A stretch of DNA of 64,000 nucleotides, taken from the NCBI RefSeq assembly GCF_000143415.4, contig NW_003314337.1:373036-437035 (forward strand). Reading direction: 5' to 3'. The notes beneath the pieces are model-generated. The model saw nothing but the letters and a program-made list of their open reading frames with translations, ran no database searches and had not been told where the DNA came from. Below, piece by piece: positions 34,313-44,862 of the stretch. Position numbers and translations under genes: made by a program. Positions within the stretch are counted from its first letter, which is position 1, and every line of letters begins with the position of its first letter. This stretch comes from Selaginella moellendorffii. Taxonomy: Eukaryota > Plantae > Lycopodiophyta.

Positions 34313-34624
34313 ATGGGGGGCGGTGGAAAGGCGCTGGGAGCGAATCCAGGGGTCGTGGCAGTGCGACTGCGAGAGGTGGTCTACACGCTGTCCCCGAATC
34401 ACCTCAAGATAATGCCGGGGCTGTGGAAGGATCTCCCGGAGAAGATCAAGCACAAGCTTGAGAACTGGCACTATGGCGTGCTCGTCGCCGTGGGATTCTA
34501 CGGCCCCGTGTGGTAAACTTTGCCTGATTTTGGGGATTTCTTCTCTTGGTTGAGCTTCTTATTTCTTGAGTGTAGGTTTTGCAAGCACTCCGTGCATCAG
34601 AGGGAGCTCTCTCACCGCGACTAG
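34313..34624 (+). CDS. QCR8: Cytochrome bc1 complex subunit 8 (2 exons)
   Basis: VRLREVVYTLSPNHLKIMPGLWKDLPEKIKHKLENW; exon 2 FCKHSVHQRELSHRD*. Confidence 0.9.
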
Positions 34625-35266
34625 GATTTGAATTTGGCTGGAAAATTTGGAAGAAGGTACTCTTTCTTTTGGCAATAAAAGGAGAGCTTTTGGACAATAG
34701 AACAATTTGGAACTTCGCCAAACTTCATAGCTTGTCTGTGTCTTTTCTCAAACTTGAAAGGTGGCTTATAACAGCTCTGGAGATCTCCAGAGCCACCATG
34801 GAAGATCTCAACGCAAACTCTTCGTACTCTTTGGAGAAAAGTATCGTTTGGTAATCGTCGATCACTGTCTTCACTGCCGATTCTTTGAGAGCCTCGGCAG
34901 AACTTGCGAGCTCGAGCATCTCCAGCGCATTGGAAGAAGTTACACTGCTCGTAAGATACTCCTTGCAAGTTCTGAGTTCTGGTCAGAGCTGGGATATCAT
35001 ACTTGTCTGCCGCGACAAGAAGAGACGCGGAGTTTTTGTCGTCGCTGATTCGAGCGCTGTAGAGAAACTCGTTGAAGTTCTCGAGTTGGCTGTGGTTGAG
35101 GAGCTCCGGGATCATCACGGCTCCACTGTGCTCGGATTTGCAAGCGTCAACTTCGAACAAGACCTTGGAAACGATGATTTGTGGCCTGGATCACGACGAA
35201 GTTTGAGAGGGAGCAAGTTCTACAAGTTTCTACAGGACAATGCGGTGTGCTCGATGGAGTGACCAT
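34451..35266. repeat. Copy 1 of a ~810-bp direct duplication (copy 2 at 41397-42201)
   Basis: Both copies run from CACAAGCTTGAGAACTGG to GGAGTGACCAT. Confidence 0.95.
34725..35266 (-). pseudogene. 5'-truncated, indel-damaged copy of the BTB gene at 41648-42566
   Basis: FEVDACKSEHSGAV..AADKYDIPAL with deletions/frameshift; no 5' exons. Confidence 0.9.
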
Positions 35267-35386
35267 AATTAAACTCGTTGTCTTAACAAAGCAACTACTG
35301 ATGAAAATGTAAAGATTTTATTCGACTATTACCTTCACTTTTGACAATAATAACTTTGAAAAGTGTGAGGCAAGAAAGGTACATGT

Positions 35387-36510
35387 TTAAAGTTGAACGA
35401 ATATGATTCCCTCAATAACAATCCCATTATTCCTCGCACTTTTCAGCTGTTCCAGCCATTCCTTCTTCTGAAATGCCTGCTTCTGCAGCTTGTTGATATC
35501 CATCTCATGGATTCTTCCTGCCTCTATGCCGCCGTCGTTTGTCAAGCCAAGACAAGTTTAATTCTCAAACAAACCTTGTAAGCAGTGCTGCATTTTTTCT
35601 TTTCCAAAACTGCAAGAAGTGCACTGAACAAACCGCAGTCATTACAGAAAGGGCTACATGGAGAGCAGTTCCTCATGGTCTGCAGCAAAAATTTAAGTGA
35701 AACTCAACAATGCGAAAGGAAACGAGACTCCTTGTAATAAAAGAAAAGCGCCACTACCGACGGAATGACAAGCCACTTATATATACATTCCAAGAAACGC
35801 AAAATATATAGCCATCTGAAATTCTAAACATCATAAGACACTCGTTTTTCAAAATTGCCAATCACCTTGGCACCGAAATACGCGTGGATGGCATCTACAG
35901 GTTGCGACGTAAGCCCTTTTCAAACCTTTCAACAATTCATTACGCGAAGTTTCACCTGAGGAAAAGAAAATGGAAGAAAATAAGCCTTGAGCACTGCAAG
36001 CATGTTGTCTCCCGGGTTTAGCTCTAGCTCCGATGAGTCACCCACCGTGAACTTCACAGGACGTGGAGAGAAGTGTCAGTCAAACCGCAACAGAAAGCAT
36101 TAAACGATGCCATACCACACTATACAACAGGTACTCCATGCAACTGTATTTTTCTGTCCAACGAGTTGCTGATTGCTTGTCGCACAAATGCATCTCGCTT
36201 CTCCCAATCTAATCCTGTAGGAAGAATGAAAGTGAGAAAAGTTTTAGGCTCTGTTCGATCGGCAAACAAACCAAGGTAAGTCAATTTCTTGATGTTGAGC
36301 TTCTCTGCTGTGCGACCAACAACCTGCCGCGATCTGAAAAGCCACAAGCAAACGTATAAGAAAACTTACCTTGATGAATCTGATCGAATCCAAGCCCTCT
36401 TCGAGGCCACTATTCTTCAACCCCTTGATATAGCTCGCCACAGCATCGTTCAGACCCGGGGCTGTGCTTGCTTGCGACCGCGATGCAAATCTCGAAGCAC
36501 GGTGCTGCAT
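35387..36510 (-). pseudogene. Anoctamin/TMEM16-like gene fragment (N-terminal part), degenerate, introns retained
   Basis: GRTAEKLNIKKLTYLG; DWEKRDAFVRQ; QPVDAIHAYFGAK|MAIYFAFLGMY; FLQFWKRKNAALL; QKQAFQKKEW; frameshifts and early stop. Confidence 0.8.
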
Positions 36511-36867
36511 TCGATGACTTCATAGTGAAAGTGATCCACTGAGGGCTCGTGCAAGAACAAATGAGCAGGACGTGGACGATCACGATTTCACTGCCAATAA
36601 AGAGCTTTTTTATCGAAAGATCGCAAAAAAGGAGAAGTCAAATCCATACCTTGGGCCTAAGATGGATCCGAAATCACAAAGAAACATGAGCTTCGGACTT
36701 TCACACTGGTGGAAACGTCCTGCGGTTGACGGCTTTCCTGCAACCATCTCTAAGCTCCCAGATTTTCTCCTTTGTCCGCAAAGGAACAAGAACTTCCAAT
36801 GGATGAAAGCTTACCTTATTATCAATGCGAAGAACAATTTTTTCTTTGCTGTGGCTGCGAGCTTACC

Positions 36868-38228
36868 TCAATCGACGGGGATCTTTCCAGCGGCCAAGAG
36901 CAAAGGAATGCCTTGCTCCGATAGAAACGTCGCGACTGGCAGTGGATAGAATGCGATCCACGGCACGCTGAATCTCCTAGCCACCTCCACCCATCCGAGG
37001 ATAGAATCCGAGACAATGAAGCTCACTGGGCAAAATGACAATTGGCAAATGTTAGGCACCAGGTCAGGATAATAGGATAAAAGAAAGGGCCCTACAATCA
37101 CCTTTTAGCCAGTTGGCTTAGGGTGTAAGGGATAGGATCTTAACATTGGTATTGGAGCCTAGTTCGATTCTTGTGGCTGACGAGTGGGGCAAGAATATTT
37201 TGAAGGAATATTCAACATGGTGGATTTAGAGGGAGAACCAAGGTTTGGTAGACCCTAAGAGAAGGACCATGGTGACCGGATGGTGGCCTAAGTATGATCG
37301 ATTGGTATCGGAGCCTAGTTCGATTCTCATGGCTGACGAGTGGGGTAGGAATATTTTGAAGGAATATTCAACATGGTGGATCTAGAGGGAGAACCAAGGT
37401 TTGGTAGACCCTAAGAGAAGGACCATGGTGACCGGATGGTGGCCTAAGTATGATCGATTGGTATTGGAGCCTAGTTCGATTCTCATGGCTGACGAGTGGG
37501 GCAGGAATATTCTGAAGGAATATTCAACATGGTGGATCTAGAGGGAGAACCAAGGTTTGGTAGACCCTAAGAGAAGGACCATGGTGACCGGATGGTGGCC
37601 TAAGTATGATCAATTGGTATGGGGCAGGAATATTCTGAAGGAATATTCAACATGGTGGATCTAGAGGGAGAACCAAGGTTTGGTAGACCCTAAGAGAAGG
37701 ACCATGGTGACCGGATGGTGGCCTAAGTATGATCAATTGGTATCGGAGCCTAGTTCGATTCTCATGGCTGACGAGTGGGGCAGGAATATTCTGAAGGAAT
37801 ATTCAACATGGTGGATCAAGAGAAGGACCATGGTGAGAAGAGAAGTATCGGAGCCTAGTTCGATTCTCATGGCTGACGAGTGGGGCAGGAATATTCTGAA
37901 GGAATATTCAACATGGTGGATCAAGAGAAGAACCATGGTGAAAAGAGAAGAGAAGAATAATTATCAAGAGAAGAATTATCAAGAGAAGGATAATAGGATA
38001 AAGAAAGGGCCCTGCAATCAAGTGATCACCCCTTTAGCCAGTTGGCTTAGGGTGTAAGGGATAGGATCCTAACAGCAAACGATCCCCTCCAGCAGTTCCA
38101 CGAACGGCTCCTGGTAGCAGCGATGAATTTCGGGATGTCCTGTATGCTTCGCTCCAGCAGCATCTCATCTGGAATTGTGGCGAGGATGCCGATGCCGCGA
38201 TCCTCTGGCGATAGCACACCGCGCATCT
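36868..38228 (-). pseudogene. UDP-glycosyltransferase fragment interrupted by the 37050-38074 element
   Basis: Removing the element and one TSD gives QEPFVELLEGIVC|QLSFCPVSFIVSDSILGWVEVARRFSVPWIAFYP. Confidence 0.75.
37050..38074 (+). mobile_element. TRIM-like non-autonomous LTR element with internal tandem 156-bp units
   Basis: TGTTAGG...CCTAACA termini; TSD GCAAA at 37045-37049 and 38075-38079; ~80-bp terminal direct repeats; PBS-like TGGTAT(C/T)GGAGCC at 37147, 37303, 37459 and 37738 (partial at 37615 and ~37845); PPT-like AGAGGGAGA. Confidence 0.9.
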
Positions 38229-38293
38229 TCCGGGTTTTTTTTCAAAGGCTACTCGGTTTTGTGATCGTCGGTGCCGCTCTTGGTGGATCGATC

Positions 38294-39010
38294 ATGGATT
38301 CCAGTGGAAACGAGCTCCTCCAGCTCAAGAGATACGTCGCAACTCCCACCGGGAAGAACGTCGCGCAGTACTATGCTCTCATCGACGTTCTCAAGTCGGC
38401 TCAGTCCATAGGAGCTTTCTTACACGGACTCTCTGGTGGTTCTTCTTTTCTTTCACCAACTTTCCTGATCCTAGATCAAGGGATATTGGAGGGTCTCTAC
38501 GAAGGCTATGAAGGCCGAGTAATCGGGCTCATCGATAGTTTCGAGTCGTTTGATATCAGAACTACCAGAACTGGAAAACCCATGTTTCACTGCGTCATTT
38601 GCCTCGAGGACGTCCAGGATGCGGACATGTACACTCTCACCGAGTGCTCTCGCAAGTTTTGCTCATCGTGCGTGAAGCAGCACGTCGAAGCTACAGTAAC
38701 AACCGGGCGGACTTTCCCGGTGGCTTGCCCGCAAGTCGAGTGCACGAAGAAGTTCACCGAGAGCGAGTGCAAGAAGCTGCTGTCCGAGGCGGCTCTCAAA
38801 GTTTTCATGAAGAAGATAGAGGAGGAGCGCATCCCTGAGAGTCTACTGCCCGTGTCCAAACTGCTCGGACTTGATGGATAGAAGGACTTTCCTCGACCCC
38901 AACCCCCGAGCTTGCCACAGATACTTCTGCCTCGACTGCCGAGTTCCCTGGCATACATTCTCGACTTGTGCTGGATACCAGCGGCTGCCTCTACTGGATT
39001 TTCCAGCGTT
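38294..39010 (+). pseudogene. RBR (RING1-IBR) E3 ligase fragment, frameshifted
   Basis: CVICLED..ECSRKFCSSCVKQHV..CPQVEC; IBR VYCPCPNCS..CHRYFCLDCRVPWH..C in another frame after ~38838. Confidence 0.8.
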
Positions 39011-39172
39011 CTTGAGAACATTCTTTTTACGCTGGTGGTAGAACCCTAGAAAGGTATGAATGCTGTTTTCTTTTGGCTTTTGTACCGAATTCAAGGTGTC
39101 CGCTTTCCGCCTCGCGGTTTACTAGGGAAAGATTAGGGTTGTTTCACTAAAAAGGATCTTTAGCTCTAAGGG

Positions 39173-41023
39173 ATGGAGCACGCCAACGCTAGCCCCGCGA
39201 AGCGCAAGCGAGGAGAAGGCGACAGTAAGCAGGCTCTACTTTACTGGCTTTACGGCAGCAGCTGCGCGGCTTGCAAAGCTGCGAGGTATTCTGCAAACGT
39301 CGAAGCTCTGGCGTCCGTCAAGAAAGCTCACCTTGACGGTCACCACGGATGGGCTCTCGGTGCATCGGGCGACACAGTAGGGGATACTGCTGCATCACCG
39401 GCAGATATGGGATGTGCGACGTCTGCCACATCACCAACGAGGGTGCCTGCCGGTGACCCGTCTACTCCTCCTCTCCGGGCTCCAGTTCCCTTGTTGTCCC
39501 TAACGGAAGAAGCATGCAAGCTTCTTCGTGCAAGCCCCTGTTCTGCAGACCGGGATGTTTTCATCTTCCAGCAGCCGCTGATCCGAGTGATCACCCACAA
39601 GATGCCTGCCAATGACAAGTTTGATTTCGAGCAGCAGATCAAACCGTGGATGAAGCGAGCAGTCACAAGGATGATTCAGCCCGTGCGGCTGAGCAAGGAT
39701 GCGTACCAAGCGGAGCCCTGTGGTGACGAGTACGGGGAATTGCAAGACAGGACCCATATGTCTGCTGTTTTCACGGGGATCAGATCCATCATGCCAACGA
39801 GTGAACAAGTAAGGAAGACTTCTTTCCTTTGTTATTGTACTGAACTAGCCTTAGATTGCTGCCCGAGAGTCTTCCACGAAGTATATGGAAGAGGTAAGGA
39901 AGGCGGACGGGAGCTTCGAATACGTCGAGAAAGGTGTGACACCTCCGCCTCAGGATAGCAATGCAGCACACGAATCGTCCTCCGAAAAACAGAATCTGGT
40001 AAGCTAACTGTATGCATGAGTCTTCTGTTAACTAATAAGTGTTTGCCGGATGCACGCAGAGATGGGTCATGGACATCCTGATGTTTGCATTGGTGGGCGG
40101 AGCATGGTGCGTTGATGGTGTTGCAACCTGGGTTCCTCGCGTCATTGCTGAATGTAAATGGAGGTAAGCGTTCCATGAACCTGATCTCTGCAACTCTGTT
40201 TGTGTTTTAGTCTCAAGCCAGAGGATGTATATCAAGTTGCTTTGGGGGGTGCAAGGCTCTTTGTGGATAGGTTGCAGAAGAGGCTGCCGATTGACCGCTT
40301 GTACTTGAAGGTGTGATATTTATACATATTTTTAATTTGTTTATTTCCTCTTTAAGTCTGCATTGGCTTGAAACATTTCAGGTGTGGTCTGCAAAAAAAT
40401 ATCGGTACTCTATTTTGGATGTGTTTGGCTACGTGAGGTTGAAAAATGGAAGAGTTACTCCAGAGTCATTCAGTATATTTGAAAAGCAGGTAAATATTCG
40501 TTTTTTTTTGTGTGTTCTGACTCTGAGCTTGAGATTTCAAGGTTTCCGAGCTGCGAAGACGGTGTGGAGATTCTTTTCAAGAAGAGGCATTCAAGGATGC
40601 CTCCACATCTGTTCAAGACATGGAACGGTTGTTCCAGGAGCGTGAGATGGAGTTTCAAGCACGCTTTTGTGGAATCAGATTACCCACTGAAATTGTCGCC
40701 CCTGTTGGAGTCCTTTACATAAGTCAGGTGTGTTGACAAGTTGTTTTATTCTCCTGGTTCACAGAATTTGGTGTACAGGATAGTCGCCCGTTTCCCACAG
40801 GATCAGAAGTTGTTGAAGAAAAGGATGCCTATGTGTTTTATCAAGGAATGTTACGGGCGCTTGGCAGCAATGCAATTCTTGGCTGGGAAGAGGAACAATT
40901 GGAGGTATTAACAAGTTTTTTGTGTTTACTTGCTGCTCAAATTTGTGCAGGCAAATATTAGAGAAAGGTTGGGCGAGAGCGTTAACAAGTATCCCTTTGT
41001 CAACTGGCATGAAAATGATGTAA
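39173..41023 (+). CDS. Orphan multi-exon putative nuclear protein (~490 aa)
   Basis: Stop-free spliced model with GT-AG introns; NLS-like PAKRKR; CAAC-x18-HLDGHH; TTAGGGTT upstream. Confidence 0.6.
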
Positions 41024-41325
41024 ATGTGAGTATTTTAATTACAGACTAGTAAGTGCATTAGTTTTGGTTGCTGCAGCCTCCAAGTTTTGTATAGCTTGTA
41101 GGTAACTCGGAGATGAGGATCAAAAAGGAGGAAAGCTCTGGATCTGGCTGACTATTAGCATAATGTAAATGTTCCAACATAGCGGCGCTGTTTTGGATCA
41201 CCTTGTTAGATTTTAATAAAATGCGGAGTAATATTTTTAAAAGAACTATGTTTATCATTAAATAACTATAGCAGAAAACTCTTGAATTCTATGCCGGAGA
41301 GGGACACTATCTTGGAATGTGATGC

Positions 41326-41543
41326 TTGCGAATCAACGAGGCCTCTCAACTCTTCGGAGCAATGGCGTTAATACACAACCCGGATGAGATCACACTCACA
41401 AGCTTGAGAACTGGCACTATGGCGTGCTCGTCGCCGTGGGATTCTACGGCCCCGTGTGGTAAACTTTTGCCTGATTTTTGGGGCTTTCCTTCTTCTCTTG
41501 TTCTTGGTTGAGCTTCTTTTTGTTTTGAGCTCTCCGCTACTAG
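41326..41543 (+). pseudogene. Chimeric relic: PPR motif fragment joined to a 3' QCR8 fragment
   Basis: RINEASQLFGAMALIHNPDEITLTS joins QCR8 sequence at CACAAGC (41397); QCR8 exon 2 mostly deleted. Confidence 0.7.
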
Positions 41544-41647
41544 GATTTGAATTTGGCTGGAAAATTTGGAAGAAGGTACTCTTTCGTTTGGCGAGCAATA
41601 AAGGGAGAGCCTTTGGACAATAGAACAAATGCCAAACTTTTCTCTTT

Positions 41648-42566
41648 TCATAGCTTGTCTATTTCTTCTCTCAAACTTGAAAGGTGGCTTATAACAGCTC
41701 TGGAGATCTCCAGAGCCACCATGGAAGATCTCAACGCAAACTCTTCGTACTCTTTGGAGAAAAGTATCGTTTGGTAATCGTCGATCACTGTCTTCACTGC
41801 CGATTCTTTGAGAGCCTCGGCAGAACAGAGAGTTGCGAGCTCGAGCATCTCCAGCACATTGGAAGAAGTTACACTGCTCGTAAGATACTCCTCGCAAGTT
41901 CTGGCCAGAGCTGGGATATCATACTTGTCCGCCGCGACGAGAAGAGACGCCGAGTTTTTGGATAGATCGTCGTCGCTGATTCGAGCGCTGTAGAGAAACT
42001 CGATGAAGTTCTCGAGTTGGCTGTGGTTGAGGAGCTCCGGGACCATCACGGCTCCACTGTGCTCGGATTTGCAAGCGTCAACTTCGAACAAGACCTTGAA
42101 AAACGATGATTTTGTGGCCTAGATCACGAAGAAGTTTGAGAGGGAGCAAGTTCTACAAGTTTCTACCAGGACAATGCGGTGTGCTCGAATGGAGTGACCA
42201 TCGTTGGCAACGAGCTCCACGTCGGTGTGAATCCCTTCTCGAAATCCCACCGCCAGCGATTCGAGAAATCTAAGCTTGCGCGATGCCTCTCTTTCCATGA
42301 GCTCCAGATGCTCGATCCTTTTCGAGGCGTGAAGTAGCATGATCTAAATGCGAAAACGATTCACTTTGTTACTCTCGATCGTTCGAAAACCTTACCTTGG
42401 AAGATAGTTGCCGATCATCTTCTCCCAGCTTCCAATTTTGCTCGATCCGGCTGCTCACGCTCAGGATCGATTGCGCTCCCTCGAGGCATCCAGCACAGAT
42501 TGTGTTTCGTGGAGGCCTGTAAGCGATCGTTCCCACCACCACGCTGCTACAAACGCAGCAATCCAT
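41648..42566 (-). CDS. BTB/POZ protein with an N-terminal Cys motif (At3g56230-like), 3 exons
   Basis: MDCCVC..RPPRNTICAGCLEGA; GIHTDVEL..IRAHRIVL|ATKS; LLVAADKYDIPAL. Confidence 0.9.
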
Positions 42567-42886
42567 CAAAGGCCACCCCTCCAATTCCAAAAGAATTGGA
42601 AGCTATGGAGCATTGCGATCGTGCCAGCAGACTTCATGGCACGAAGAGAAAAAAAAAATCGCGAGAATTTCCTGCAAGCTTTTCTTTTCTATCGTTTAGT
42701 TGCTTCCATGATTCCCACAAGCAAGCGCCTGGCATTACCTCATCATACACACTTCTCACGCAAGCGATGTATGTCAAGAGCACCGCGCATATTCCAATAC
42801 CACCCAAAAATTATGCTGACCGGCGTTGACTGGGCTAGTCATCGACGCGCATTATTTTCGCTGTTAGTGTTGCTAAGCCGCCGCGT

Positions 42887-44703
42887 TTAGGACGTCTTGG
42901 ATGACATTCGTTGCAACTTTCTCTTCATCCGTGACTTGACTTTCACCTTGGTCGCAACAGTGGCCATGGTGTTCGCGAAGTTGCCAACAGCCATCACGAT
43001 TAGCAGCACTCCACACGCCACCATCTGCAAGAGCGAGCACAATCTTAGAGAACAACATCACGGCCGGATAGAAGACTTGCCTGCCAATCGTAATCTTTGT
43101 CCACCATTGGAGTTTTAAGCAGTTTGAAACCAATGAAGAACTGGAACGCCTGTAACGAAAAGCCAAACCAGCGAATTGTTTTCCTTGGAGACTAATCGTG
43201 ATCTCTTTACCTGGAGAATGAAGAGCAGGGGATACAGCACCCAGATCTGTCCCTTCATCCCCGCGGTCTCTCCCCACACCACGTCCATTCTTCCAGCCTG
43301 AAACAACAGGTAATATCACCCAGTTAGAACCACAGAAGAGATGTTTTAGCCTGTTGTTAGTCCATAGCAAAAAAGAATATACATTCAAGATATCGCGCTC
43401 AAGGCCTTGCCTTTCCAAGAGCGATTCGTGTGTACAAGCGCTGTCGCTGGTATCGATTCTGCAGTAGCATCGAGACTCCCTGCATGGCTGCCCAAGACAA
43501 AAAGTGTCTCACAGCTTCCTACAAAGAGCCATGAGAAGGACGAACAAAGGAAGAATTATCAAAAGATTACCTGTTTACGAACGCACGACGGGTGCCCTTG
43601 AATGCCCCATGTCAAACTCACAAGAGCTGTAACCATGGCAAAATAATGATGATATACCCACCTGAGCGACAAAGAGACAATTCAAGACGGACAAAAAACG
43701 CAAAACAGGATAAAACACATACCATGGACGTATGTCACTTCCGTTCACTCGAAGAATGTTTTCTCGCAGTGCCAAGCTGGTGTAGAAGAACAGCAGCCAT
43801 GCCTGACACAGACAGAAGGATTTTAATGGAGCGAATACAAAACCAAAGTTACTTACTTGGTAGGCTTGCACAGGTACAGCTGGGAAGCAGCCACTCCATA
43901 AAAAGTTCTTGAGTAACAGGAGGACACAAGGAAACGCCAAGAACAACACTGCTGTTCTGTCCTGAAAGGATGCGGCCAAACAGGACATTAATTTCAAAAC
44001 CAGAAAAAAAAAAATCCTTTGCAAACGAACCCTGTAAGTGTTGTACTCTTCCTTCACTTTAAATCGCGCGTCATTCCGGGTAGCTCGGACGTTCACTGGC
44101 CCCAGGAGGAGGCGTAGAAACAGTCCTGGAAAACTCACCGATCAATCCAGATCCAAAACGCTGGAAAGAGCGAAGAAGAAAAGCTTTACCATTCGACTTG
44201 TGAGGAAGAAGAGCTGCGACATCACCCTCGTAGATCATGCTACGGGCCCTGTAGAGATCATCGTCCAGCTGACATGCATGCGAGTGTAAAGTTAGAAAGA
44301 AAGAGCGAAGAGAGAACGCATAGAGCAAAACCTTTTCCACCAGATGATTTCCAATCATGTCCTTCTCTAGCAGCGCAGCAATCTCGCCCTTCAAGCTCTT
44401 AATCTCGGCATCGTAAGCCAGCGCATGCTGGCTCAACACTTGCGCTTCCGCCCTTATCCTGGAGCTGTGAACCGATGCTTCGTCCTGTAGCTTCTTACAC
44501 CTCTCCACGAAGCTCCCAATTCTCGCGACGATCTCTTTCTCGGCCGGGAGCTCGCATCGGTAGCTCCGATTCGCCGCGCAGCCAGTATTGGAATTGGAAT
44601 CGGAATCGGGCAGAGAATTGGAATTCGAGTGTGGAGGCGCCATACCATCTTGCGTGAGCTCATCGACCGGCGCTCCCCCGGCGGCGATGCCCGCTTCTCC
44701 CAT
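42887..44703 (-). CDS. TMEM120/TMPIT-family membrane protein, multi-exon
   Basis: GLFLRLLLGPVNVRA..KVKEEYN; AWLLFFYTSLALRENILRVNGSDIRPW; VVWGETAG; MAVGNFANT (true last-exon frame ends at TAA 42887). Confidence 0.93.
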
Positions 44704-44862
44704 CGCCCGGAGAAAATGCCAAAACCCTAATCCACGCGTGGCATATAATTCAGGTAGCTGGGAGCATGTCCGCCATAGCCAGAGAAGGCAAACCTAGTTA
44801 CACGAAAGGCCACGCGTCACGAAGTTACAGCGCCACGCGGTTAGAAAAATATTGTTGCTAGA

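Noticed and set aside
37146-37940. Regular repeats as a CRISPR array, or ORF 37680..38057 as a gene
   Set aside because: The units are full tandem copies with no unique spacers, inside a TSD-flanked LTR-type element in a eukaryote; the ORFs are repeat by-products.
42873-43040. ORF-track C-terminus for TMEM120 (..DVLNAAA)
   Set aside because: The conserved GNFxNT motif is in another frame, which ends at 42887.
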